From a virus: a stretch of DNA of 64,000 bases. The translations under genes were made by a program, and so were the position numbers. The stretch's first letter is position 1; each line of letters begins with the position of its first letter. The notes under the pieces were generated by a model. The model saw only the letters and a program-made list of their open reading frames with translations. It had not been told where the DNA came from and did not search any database. Shown here piece after piece: positions 45,381 to 54,128 of this stretch. The stretch lies in IMG/VR virus record IMGVR_UViG_3300020583_000014, positions 5,742-69,741 of that record. One strand, 5' to 3'.

Positions 45381-46023
45381 AATAAGCTGACACGGAAACA
45401 GTTGTCGTACATCCAGTAGTGGTAGCCCCCGAATCAGTTGTTGCTCCCCCTATAGCTATACCCGTTGAGAAATTCTGGTATGCGAAAATAGCGGGGGGGA
45501 CCACTACCGTAACTCCAGCCTGGACGTAGATAGAGTCAATAACACTTGTACCAACCGTGGGTGTACTGGCATTATTGAAAAGCTGAACCCAACATGGGAT
45601 AGTGCCAGAGTTCCCAATTATCATACTATATAGGTTACCCGCACTGGCTTTTACATTAGCCGCAGCCGCTGTATTAGCATGAAACTTAGATAGGGCATAG
45701 GTTGATGTAGCTGAGGGAGTAAAGCTCCCACTAATTGGGATAGCCGTACCTCCAGAAACACCTTGTACACTAAGGACTCCACCACTGGGGGTGCCAGCAG
45801 TACCCTCACCATCTACATGCCCTACATTATTGGACCCGGCATTCAACCCTACTACACCAGTACCATCAGTAGGCAGTTCAACACGTAATCCAGTAGCCGC
45901 AGTACCATGCCCTAATGCAACCGCACCTCCACCATTGTAGGTCTGCAATTGGACGGGTTGTTGGGCTATAAGGATGGCTGTTATAACCATAATACTTACT
46001 ATGGTCTTCCACTTATTTCGCAT
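45373..46023 (-). CDS. Gly/Thr-rich protein with signal peptide
   Basis: Start at MRNKWKTIVSIMVITAILIA-QQ; C-terminal KASAG.LY......Q.FN...P beta domain. Confidence 0.65.
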   Translation of the reverse strand: MRNKWKTIVSIMVITAILIAQQPVQLQTYNGGGAVALGHGTAATGLRVELPTDGTGVVGLNAGSNNVGHVDGEGTAGTPSGGVLSVQGVSGGTAIPISGSFTPSATSTYALSKFHANTAAAANVKASAGNLYSMIIGNSGTIPCWVQLFNNASTPTVGTSVIDSIYVQAGVTVVVPPAIFAYQNFSTGIAIGGATTDSGATTTGCTTTVSVSAYYE

Positions 46024-46158
46024 TTTGCTTTCTCTCCCAAGAGGCATGGATAGCCCGCCTATCAATCCAATTTATAACCTTATTAATATGCCTTTCCCCA
46101 GATTCCCAAGCTATAATGGTTACCCCTATAGCAATCCAACCTAAGAGAATATCTACTA

Positions 46159-46731
46159 TCATGTCAATTCCTCAATGGAACAGGAGCCCCCAGACGAGCT
46201 AGAGACTGCACAGTAAGCACCCTGCCACATGGGGTCTTGATAAAAGGGGCTGGAACCGTCCGCTGTATTACCCCCCGCTGGTAATATAAAATGATAATTG
46301 CTCAAGGTTGCCCCACTCGCAGCCCGTAGTACATACAGTCTAGTAGTACCCACATTCTGTAACCCAGCCCGCTTCCTATTTGCATTAGCCGCCAATAACA
46401 AAGCAGAACTTGTTCCTACCGTAACTATGCTAGGACTACTTACTGTACTGCTAACTACAGGGGAGACTGTTATAGCCCCCGCCGCTATGTTTACTTTAAG
46501 GTTACGGGAGGCATCACAGGCAAGGACTAAGTTCTCCCCCCCGTTCTCAGCCATTGCGGGAGTACCCGCAGTCACCCCAGCAGAGAAGGTAGATTCGTCT
46601 ACAGCGGAAGTACCACCTGATCCTGCCCCCGTTACCGATACTAATAAGTTCCCGCTACCATCTAGGTTGAGATTTCCCCAATCGGAGGTCGGATCTAACG
46701 CCGATATTGGAGAACCGCCCTTAAAAGCCAT
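46159..46731 (-). CDS. virion decoration-like protein
   Basis: LLAANANRK...QN.G beta-sandwich motif common in phage structural modules. Confidence 0.55.
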   Translation of the reverse strand: MAFKGGSPISALDPTSDWGNLNLDGSGNLLVSVTGAGSGGTSAVDESTFSAGVTAGTPAMAENGGENLVLACDASRNLKVNIAAGAITVSPVVSSTVSSPSIVTVGTSSALLLAANANRKRAGLQNVGTTRLYVLRAASGATLSNYHFILPAGGNTADGSSPFYQDPMWQGAYCAVSSSSGGSCSIEELT

Positions 46732-46759
46732 GAAATCGTGTACTTTTTACACTAAAAAG

Positions 46760-46782
46760 GGGCGTGTACTTAATACAAACCC
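46760..46782. repeat. 23-bp dispersed palindrome copy (at portal stop codon)
   Basis: gggcgtgtacttaatacaaaccc. Confidence 0.95.
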
Positions 46783-49286
46783 TACTTGGGGGGTCCTTGT
46801 GCGGCTTGGCCGCCCACTGGGGGCATAAGAACTGGAGGTTTGCTAACTAACCCATTTGGGGCTGGCGCGGGTGGACCTCCCGGTTTAGGCGGTCCAGGGG
46901 GGGCAGCAAGAGCGGGGGGAGCTACTCCCGGAGGTCCAGGAGGACCTGGAGGCGTAGGTCCCCCAGGCCCAGGTGGTGCCCCCATCGGGGGTGGAGGGGG
47001 CAAGCTCAATCCTTTATGGGACTTCCAGAAGGCTACCACGTTAGCATACCCATTCGGGTTAGATTGCCTTATACCTTGTGCCTTCTCAGTCTGAAACCAC
47101 TCTTCCAATGCAGCGGCCACAAAATCATGGGGATCATACTCATCCACAGGAATACTCGGGATATCTACGGTCTGACCTGGGGCCATCTGACTGGGCTGCT
47201 GGGTGGGTTGGGCCTGTAAAAGCTGCCGGATCTCGTTCTTTACCTTTGAGAGAGCTTCCTGGTTAGGAATCTCCCAGTTAGGCATCCCTATTATCTTATC
47301 TTGTAGGGCTGGAATGTTGGACGGTAGATTGTAGCCCAGTTGCGTAAGCATCTGCGGATTACCAGCCAGATTCTTAAGATTCTCATTTAGCTGCTCCCTC
47401 TGCTCCGGCCAACTCATTGGTATGGCATCAGCCCCCTCAAAGTGGAATCCACCCTGAAGTAACTCCTCAATGCCATCTACAATATCTACCTCTTGCTGGG
47501 GGGAGAAGGGAGAAGGGATTCTTCCACCTGAATACTTAGCCATCAGTATAACAGCATTATAGGTAACTCCGCACCAATAATCTCTCGCGGAATCTGCCGC
47601 CATGGATAACTGAAGCATGGCCTGATTTCTCTTCAGGTTAGTAGCATACGCAGTAGTCTCTGCTGTACCCGCTCCATAAATTTGAGGAGTGATACCAATA
47701 ATCCCCGCACCAATTTCCCTCTGACCGTCAGAATACTGCTGCATTTCGGGCTCAGGTTTAGCCACAGGTACATGGCCGATTGCGTCGTTAATATTCCCAC
47801 CTTGGCCCGATTGAATAGGGATAAAGGAAGCTGGCAACTGCCTATAGCGGTGTTGAAAGGTTGTATCAATCCTTCTGGTGTCAATGAGTACCTGGGGGAT
47901 AGCCCGCTCCCAGGTTTGTCTTTGGATATTGGCAAGGTCATTTATTAAATCCTGTACGTCTACAAAATCAGTACAAACTGGGTCTGCATATGCTGTCTCC
48001 GCAGGCTCCGGTTGAGCCATACAGAAAAAGTCATCTAAGCGGGCTTCCTTAATCTCAGCAATATAATCACCCGATATAAGGTTAACCTGCATCCCCGTTG
48101 GGTACAATTTCCGCAGGGCATCCCGTGTCTTCATAGTCTGCCCGTTAATCTCCACATCCCCCTGGCAAAGCTCATACATCGTAGGGCGCAGCCATACTTC
48201 AGTGAACATCAGGGTATTTTTGCGGGGGGCAAGATATATACCAGAAGGAGAGGAGGCAATTTCGCGGGTAATCTGGCCCGCTGTGGTGGAAGTACCGCCC
48301 CCACCATAAGCATCCTGCCCCTCGTTCCTGAACTTATCCCTATACTGAGGATACTGCCTGAATATCCGGCCCTTATGTAACTCCCGCTCCCGCATAAGCC
48401 AGTTTGTATCCACAAGGGACTGGATATCAAACTCCGTGGTAATCCTCATCTCGGACTCCACAGTATGTTCTACACAACCATTAGCATATCTCTTAACCCC
48501 CACCTGTTGGGGGAGGGTCATTACCTCAGGCTCTCTGAAATCCTCTTGGCTAAGGGGCTCCCCACAGGTAGGGCACATTTCAGGGAGAACATTGATATCT
48601 TCTACTGAAGTAGAAGTCCCACAGAATTTACATTGCATCGTAGGGGAGCCAACTGGAACTGGAGTATCTTTCATTACCGGCTCCTCTACATACCCATACT
48701 TCTCCCCATCAGCCACAAAGCGGGTATAGCCAAACGCGGGCCCATTCTTATAAAAGGTTAAGAACAACTTCTGGTTATCCCGTTTCACCTTCCATAGATT
48801 ATGAAGTTTGTCGGCTATATCCTGTGCAAGCTTAGCCCTTCTTACATGGTCATCGTTCGTTTCATCATTGGGCTCAGCTTTTACGTTTGGGGGGCCTTGG
48901 GCAAGGACGGCAATGAATTTCCTCCCATATCCCCGGAGATCGTTAACCACTGTATAATAGGTTCCATCGGAGTCGTCGTCCACAAATTCATGCCAAGTTC
49001 CATCGATGGGCTTATAATCAACCAATTGCCCATCTTGATTGTATATCTCGTCGAGGTATTGATTTCCCCTCCAGTAGAGTTCATTTCTGCGTAACTGAGC
49101 ATACCTATATATCTTCTCCGGGTCGATGGCTAACCGTACATCATCTTGTACAAGTCTACCCACAGGCCCACGCAGATTTTCTAGTATAGGGTCCTTTTCA
49201 GGCTTAGAATCAGGGCGTGTATTTAATACAGACCCAGAATCAGAGGGTATATTTGAGGGGGGAAAGGGGGCCAAAGGGGGGGTCAT
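46782..49286 (-). CDS. portal protein (P22/podovirus-like) with zinc-ribbon insert
   Basis: Y..G.Q, N......, P..K..P...D...A..A, QD.IN, G..TA..T...NQA pattern; Pro-rich tail; downstream of terminase. Confidence 0.8.
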   Translation of the reverse strand: MTPPLAPFPPSNIPSDSGSVLNTRPDSKPEKDPILENLRGPVGRLVQDDVRLAIDPEKIYRYAQLRRNELYWRGNQYLDEIYNQDGQLVDYKPIDGTWHEFVDDDSDGTYYTVVNDLRGYGRKFIAVLAQGPPNVKAEPNDETNDDHVRRAKLAQDIADKLHNLWKVKRDNQKLFLTFYKNGPAFGYTRFVADGEKYGYVEEPVMKDTPVPVGSPTMQCKFCGTSTSVEDINVLPEMCPTCGEPLSQEDFREPEVMTLPQQVGVKRYANGCVEHTVESEMRITTEFDIQSLVDTNWLMRERELHKGRIFRQYPQYRDKFRNEGQDAYGGGGTSTTAGQITREIASSPSGIYLAPRKNTLMFTEVWLRPTMYELCQGDVEINGQTMKTRDALRKLYPTGMQVNLISGDYIAEIKEARLDDFFCMAQPEPAETAYADPVCTDFVDVQDLINDLANIQRQTWERAIPQVLIDTRRIDTTFQHRYRQLPASFIPIQSGQGGNINDAIGHVPVAKPEPEMQQYSDGQREIGAGIIGITPQIYGAGTAETTAYATNLKRNQAMLQLSMAADSARDYWCGVTYNAVILMAKYSGGRIPSPFSPQQEVDIVDGIEELLQGGFHFEGADAIPMSWPEQREQLNENLKNLAGNPQMLTQLGYNLPSNIPALQDKIIGMPNWEIPNQEALSKVKNEIRQLLQAQPTQQPSQMAPGQTVDIPSIPVDEYDPHDFVAAALEEWFQTEKAQGIRQSNPNGYANVVAFWKSHKGLSLPPPPPMGAPPGPGGPTPPGPPGPPGVAPPALAAPPGPPKPGGPPAPAPNGLVSKPPVLMPPVGGQAAQGPPK
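49213..49235. repeat. 23-bp dispersed palindrome copy (portal N-terminus)
   Basis: gggcgtgtatttaatacagaccc, read as GSVLNTRP. Confidence 0.95.
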
Positions 49287-49291
49287 TTATA

Positions 49292-49320
49292 TTGACAAAT
49301 AAGCAATATTAACCTACAAT
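49292..49320 (+). promoter_or_regulatory. sigma70-type promoter, leaderless
   Basis: TTGACA-17-TACAAT, ATG at 49327. Confidence 0.75.
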
Positions 49321-49326
49321 AGATAT

Positions 49327-49536
49327 ATGAATGGACGTGGCCCAGCTATAGGAATAGAAGAGGCAGTAGAAGACCTAAATAAACGTATTAAAGGTCTTCC
49401 AGTAACAGCCATAGAATTAGTTGAGTGTAGGGACAAATCAATAGCATTTGAGCTAGAGTTTGGGGAGTGCTTCCGTATCTCTTTCCCCCTTGAGTCCATG
49501 CAGAATGTCAAGTTTGGGGCTAGACGGCCCATATAG
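49327..49536 (+). CDS. small inverted moron gene
   Basis: Own promoter; opposite strand to the packaging operon. Confidence 0.65.
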   Translation: MNGRGPAIGIEEAVEDLNKRIKGLPVTAIELVECRDKSIAFELEFGECFRISFPLESMQNVKFGARRPI

Positions 49537-49539
49537 TTA

Positions 49540-50049
49540 TCATTGCTTAACTTCAGGGGTATCAGGGTCAAAGTCCATTGCTTCCCGTAACTTCTGACGA
49601 TTCTCTAAAGCCTGCTGCCTAGACTTTGCGCGGGCTTCCATCACCTTCTGTCTTGCAGTCATAGGACCGGAGGGGGAATCCCCATCCATATCCCCAGCGG
49701 GGGTGGGAGGGGGGGTATAAACCTCCGGGAAGGGAACCATAGGCATCCCAGTTCTCAGGGATTCAAAGTTGGCTATCTTCTTTATAGACTGAAAATACTC
49801 TTCCCTTATCTTATCCCGCTCAAGTGAGGCAACCTCAGCCCTATCCTTCCAAAGCCTCATCTTATCCTCCGCATCTATGCGGGCAGATGCAGCTTCAGAT
49901 AGTTCATAGGCTAACTCCTCAGACTCAATTTCTAGATCATAAGCTAGGTCAGCCCACTTGGAATCCTTAAGCTCTAAAGCGCGGTAGGCTACGAATAATC
50001 TAAGGAACTTGAGAATCCATGGTCCCGGATTCGGACCCCATTTCCTCAT
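49540..50049 (-). CDS. coiled-coil hypothetical protein
   Basis: GGAGGAG SD before ATG 50049. Confidence 0.55.
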   Translation of the reverse strand: MRKWGPNPGPWILKFLRLFVAYRALELKDSKWADLAYDLEIESEELAYELSEAASARIDAEDKMRLWKDRAEVASLERDKIREEYFQSIKKIANFESLRTGMPMVPFPEVYTPPPTPAGDMDGDSPSGPMTARQKVMEARAKSRQQALENRQKLREAMDFDPDTPEVKQ

Positions 50050-50416
50050 CTCCTCCACTGGACTCTGTCCCTTCTTCACTCCCACCCCCACCAGCAGTAA
50101 ATAAGATACATCGTTCCTCAGGTTCCCAACTACCCTCTACCTTACTGCACTCTTGGGAATCTGCCATATAATACTGGCAATTACCACAGTTATCCTCTGG
50201 ACCTGATTTATGCACAAGGTCAACAGAGAGCTTATCACCACCATCTGGAGAGGCAGTATCCCCCTCAGCAGCCATTTTCATACCGGGGCGTAACCCCCCC
50301 ATAGGATTTATAGGAGGCCGTGCCACAGCAGGCTTCATAGCGGGCATTGGACCTATAGAACGTCCAGGTGGCCGTCTCTGAAGACCCATAATAGAAGGTA
50401 AACCGGGTCGCATCAT
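50000..50416 (-). CDS. protein with HiPIP-like four-cysteine domain
   Basis: CGNCQYY....ECSKVEG.W.PEERC. Confidence 0.5.
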   Translation of the reverse strand: MMRPGLPSIMGLQRRPPGRSIGPMPAMKPAVARPPINPMGGLRPGMKMAAEGDTASPDGGDKLSVDLVHKSGPEDNCGNCQYYMADSQECSKVEGSWEPEERCILFTAGGGGSEEGTESSGGDEEMGSESGTMDSQVP

Positions 50417-50736
50417 ATAGTAAGTTCCTTCATTCTTCTAACTGAAGTATTAGGCCAAGCCACACAAGCGTATCTATCCCCTAAAGATAATAACCCTTTT
50501 GACCAAGCTGCTAGAGCGGCTGCACCCACACAAGCGTCTTTAGCCCCATTATATATTGCCCTATTTAGATGGGGGCGTAAATATTCATTAGTAAAAACCA
50601 TCCCCCCTGGGAGTAAATCATTAAGTAGAAACCTAATAGTAGAATAACGAGGATCAGATTCTACCCCCTTATTATTGGGGTGACTATTACCAGCAATTAG
50701 CCCCACTGGGGCTAAAAAAAAGGATCTACGGTTCAA
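50413..50736 (-). CDS. small protein with twin-arginine-like leader, resembling adaptor termini
   Basis: MNRRSFF; segments similar to 37265..38221. Confidence 0.55.
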   Translation of the reverse strand: MNRRSFFLAPVGLIAGNSHPNNKGVESDPRYSTIRFLLNDLLPGGMVFTNEYLRPHLNRAIYNGAKDACVGAAALAAWSKGLLSLGDRYACVAWPNTSVRRMKELTI

Positions 50737-52772
50737 TTCACCCTCCTAGGCTGCTTAAAGAAGCGGGAAGACTCAGGGCGCACATTGAAAGGCTGCATTT
50801 TACCCTTTCCATGCTTAAATTCATCTTCGTATTGACGGGCTACATGACAAAGGGAGTTATAATCCATATTAGGATTCATTGCGCGGGCCTCATCAAGCTT
50901 TCTTTTGACGAAACTCTGCTGTGGCTCGGGAATCTGATGAACGTTCTCAGAAAATAGGGTATACCTAAGGCTATCGCAAAAATCGTCTTCTGGAGTGTTA
51001 CGTTTGAGCACATCCTCTGTGCCCTCTTTATACTCTGCCGTAGGTATTGCTTCAATTAGCTTAGAACAGTTATCGAAAATAAGCAACTTGGGTAAAATCT
51101 CAGGCTTGCGGGCCTCAAATGATCTCAAATACTCCTTATAAAGTTGTGTATTCTCGTGCAACAGCTTCATGGAATACTCATAATCAAAAGTCTGCTTACT
51201 TGACTCAGAAAGTTGCCGGAAACGGAGCATTTCCCGTATGTGCTGCCATCCTAGGATACGATCATTAGGGGCCTTCTCTATGGTAATGCCAAATTCCCTC
51301 TGTTTGCGGGCTTTTTTGACATCCGAAAGCCCCCATTCCGGGCTTGTATTAAATACAGACCCTGTTTGAGGGGCCAACTGCTCATAAAATTCAGGTATAT
51401 AGGCGGCTCCAACCCCTAAAACGGAGTCAATCCCCTTCCCGATATGGGCGGCAATGGTGTTCTCCCCAGCATCCCGTGAAAATGCGTCAAAAGAGAGCCA
51501 TAACTGCATGTGGGGGGGTACCCCGGCCTTCTCCATAGCCATCAAATCATGGAAACTAGCCCTTGCGATAGCTGCCCCAACAGCATCAGAGCTAGTTTCG
51601 TTACCAGAAAGCTCCCTATATATGATAGTTTGACCATTCTGATCCCGACAGGCCCATAGGAAGACGTAATTATGACCATAACCCCAGTCCCCACCTATCC
51701 AGCGGGGCCAAAAAGGAGCCAAAGCATGACTTCCAGCAGGAATAACATGGCGAGCCACGTCACCAGGAGGGTCACCAGCAAGGGGACCTTTGGGCCGGAA
51801 GTCACGAAAGTACTGCCCACCAAGAGCATCCCAATCCCCAAGCAACCAAGCGGATCTAGTGGGCTCAGGTAACGCATCCAGTTGCTTAACATATTGACCA
51901 TCCCGCATCAGATAGGGATTATCCGTCACTTTTGAGGGTATATAAATGCGGGTAAGACCGCTGCGCTCGTCCTTATATATAGTGTCCGGTGGGCCTACCG
52001 ATATAAACCGTTTCTTAACCCAAATTGCACCCTTCCCTCCAGGATTAGTAGTACATAAAATCTGGGGTTTGAGGGCTCCACAAACACAATTCCCAGGTCT
52101 GCATTTACCCTTACAGGAGAAAGTTGAGCGGCAAGAGGCTGCAATTCGGAGATATAGAAGCTCATCGGATACCTGAGTAAGCTCCTCGAATACAATTCTA
52201 TGGAACTCCTGCCCCATATAATCAGTATAGGAAGATTCATCCCGCATATGACCTAATACAAAGGTGGCCCCACTGGGCCACACTGCGCGGGCAGGCTTCT
52301 CTGTTACATTTGCTCCCATAGGTCCGTAAAGCATCTTGGCACGGGAAAGCCAATCCGCAAGATCCTTCTCATTTTCTCTAAGGATGAGAGCGCGGTAGTG
52401 AGGGTGGGCTATATAACTAATGTTGACACAGATTCCACAGTAGGAATCATCCCCTACCCCCTGCATGATATGTTCCCCACCAGGGTGGGTACCAGTCTCC
52501 GAAGGGTTACCCTTAAGAAGGAATCCCCTACCACATTCCGTCTTACCCCCTCCGCGAGCACCCCCAAAAAGTATCTCAAATGCAGGGCTTATGAGAGTAC
52601 GAATCATCGGTCCAGGGGGGCACCCATAGATACAAGTAGACTTACCCTTCTCCAATAATTCAAAATGATGGCGGCAATAAGTTGGAACCCAATGGGCCTG
52701 CCCCTTAATCTCCCCAGTCTCAAATCCAATAGGGGGGGCAACACCCCTAGGTTTAGCCATAGATACTACCAC
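50733..52772 (-). CDS. terL: terminase large subunit
   Basis: Walker A GGARGGGKT, Walker B FEELTQ, motif III TTNPGG, nuclease GGDWGY and DDFCDSLRY. Confidence 0.92.
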   Translation of the reverse strand: MVVSMAKPRGVAPPIGFETGEIKGQAHWVPTYCRHHFELLEKGKSTCIYGCPPGPMIRTLISPAFEILFGGARGGGKTECGRGFLLKGNPSETGTHPGGEHIMQGVGDDSYCGICVNISYIAHPHYRALILRENEKDLADWLSRAKMLYGPMGANVTEKPARAVWPSGATFVLGHMRDESSYTDYMGQEFHRIVFEELTQVSDELLYLRIAASCRSTFSCKGKCRPGNCVCGALKPQILCTTNPGGKGAIWVKKRFISVGPPDTIYKDERSGLTRIYIPSKVTDNPYLMRDGQYVKQLDALPEPTRSAWLLGDWDALGGQYFRDFRPKGPLAGDPPGDVARHVIPAGSHALAPFWPRWIGGDWGYGHNYVFLWACRDQNGQTIIYRELSGNETSSDAVGAAIARASFHDLMAMEKAGVPPHMQLWLSFDAFSRDAGENTIAAHIGKGIDSVLGVGAAYIPEFYEQLAPQTGSVFNTSPEWGLSDVKKARKQREFGITIEKAPNDRILGWQHIREMLRFRQLSESSKQTFDYEYSMKLLHENTQLYKEYLRSFEARKPEILPKLLIFDNCSKLIEAIPTAEYKEGTEDVLKRNTPEDDFCDSLRYTLFSENVHQIPEPQQSFVKRKLDEARAMNPNMDYNSLCHVARQYEDEFKHGKGKMQPFNVRPESSRFFKQPRRVN
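51340..51362. repeat. 23-bp dispersed palindrome copy (inside terminase nuclease domain)
   Basis: gggcttgtattaaatacagaccc, read as GSVFNTSP. Confidence 0.95.
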
Positions 52773-53568
52773 CTATCTGCAACCGGCTACCAGGAGCACC
52801 CCCTACTACCGGAGGACCCTGCGAAACCATACTCCCATAAGCCCCATACGGTACTTGCTGAGGGGGAGCCGCTACGTTTCCAGTAGCATGACGGGGCAAT
52901 TTCTGAGATATAACTGGTCGTGTGGCAATAGGGCTCCTAGCTCCCCCCGTAGTAGGTAGAGGGGCTCTAAGCTGTTGAGGTACAACACGTTTAGTTGCAG
53001 GGTGGGGTACTCGGCGCACCTGCTGTTGACCGTATGCACCCATAGAGGGGGGCATGGGAGCAGCCATAGAGGGGGCAGCTACATTACCAAAAGCGTGGTG
53101 CTGCATCGGGGGCTGACCATGGTGGGGCATAAGGATCATCAAAAGCCCTTTATGTGGTCCAGAAGGGCTGTCCCCAGAAGGCTCGGATACACAACCTTCT
53201 GCATGATGTTTCATGCCCATAAGGGTCTGAGCTAACCGTGCTCTACGCCCTAAAACTCCTGAGTCACCTTTATGCTCAGAGGCAAAAGCACTGGTAGATT
53301 TACCGGCTTTATGGGCAGCTTTAGAGAATGAACCTTTATGTTTTATAGCTCCCTTGATCCAATTACCAGCCACAACCCCCTCCTTTCTTGCACTAATTCC
53401 ACCCATGCCAGCCATAGATAAGGCTTTCCTTACGTTATGCCTGCCAATTTTTCGGGTATTCTGCTTCACACTGTCATTATATATATGTGGGCTATACCCA
53501 GCCTGCTCGGATGCAGTAGGGGCATTCCCCCGATTCGCAATAGCCTGCTGCTGCCATTGATTCTTCAT
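52753..53568 (-). CDS. basic low-complexity protein (possible internal head protein)
   Basis: WIKGAIKH.G...GRRARLAQTL motif; repeated HAxGxV. Confidence 0.55.
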   Translation of the reverse strand: MKNQWQQQAIANRGNAPTASEQAGYSPHIYNDSVKQNTRKIGRHNVRKALSMAGMGGISARKEGVVAGNWIKGAIKHKGSFSKAAHKAGKSTSAFASEHKGDSGVLGRRARLAQTLMGMKHHAEGCVSEPSGDSPSGPHKGLLMILMPHHGQPPMQHHAFGNVAAPSMAAPMPPSMGAYGQQQVRRVPHPATKRVVPQQLRAPLPTTGGARSPIATRPVISQKLPRHATGNVAAPPQQVPYGAYGSMVSQGPPVVGGAPGSRLQIGGSIYG

Positions 53569-53927
53569 TCTAGTGTTATCTTACTGAGAACAGAGCATCT
53601 TATCCGTAAAGCAGGCATCCTATTATTACCCTTATTAAATAGGATCTGTGCGGGGCCTGCCAGCGGGAGCCCCTGAGCCTGATCCACGGTCATCATTCCT
53701 ACTCCATCATACCCAGCCTGATCGGGGGATCTCCGCAGGCTCAATATCCTCTCCCGGTCCAGGGCCATCTGTACCTGTCCAGGATGAATGAAGCGGATGC
53801 AGTTGGAATCCCACACTGCTTTACCATCAGCTACATATTGAGATGCCCGCTTCAGGCTAGTATAGGATGAACTCTCGGGGAGGGGATTCAGTATCCTTAT
53901 AATAGGTTGCTTCTTGTGTTTGGACAA
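53565..53927 (-). CDS. hypothetical protein, first gene of packaging/structural operon
   Basis: 120-aa ORF after consensus promoter. Confidence 0.55.
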   Translation of the reverse strand: MSKHKKQPIIRILNPLPESSSYTSLKRASQYVADGKAVWDSNCIRFIHPGQVQMALDRERILSLRRSPDQAGYDGVGMMTVDQAQGLPLAGPAQILFNKGNNRMPALRIRCSVLSKITLE

Positions 53928-53979
53928 TGGGAGGACCCCTATGGGGATACCCTAGAGACTAGGGCAGAATGATACCCTG

Positions 53980-54008
53980 ATTATAGGGGTGGGGGAGAGG
54001 GGTGTCAA
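53980..54008 (-). promoter_or_regulatory. perfect-consensus sigma70 promoter upstream of packaging/structural operon
   Basis: TTGACA-17-TATAAT on minus strand; a second promoter TTGACT-17-TATCAT lies at 54104-54132. Confidence 0.8.
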
Positions 54009-54128
54009 CTACTATTTAGGAAGAGGGATATGGGGTGGGTTTACAAGGCCCACCCCTCGGAGTACCTTAGATGCAAGCTTACTATGCGAACAGCATTATA
54101 ATAATGATACAAGAAGCCGTTCCTGAAG

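Noticed and set aside
22088-48729. Numerous plus-strand ORFs antisense to the structural genes
   Set aside because: They are shadow frames of Gly/Pro/Thr-rich minus-strand genes, with no SD or recognisable domains.
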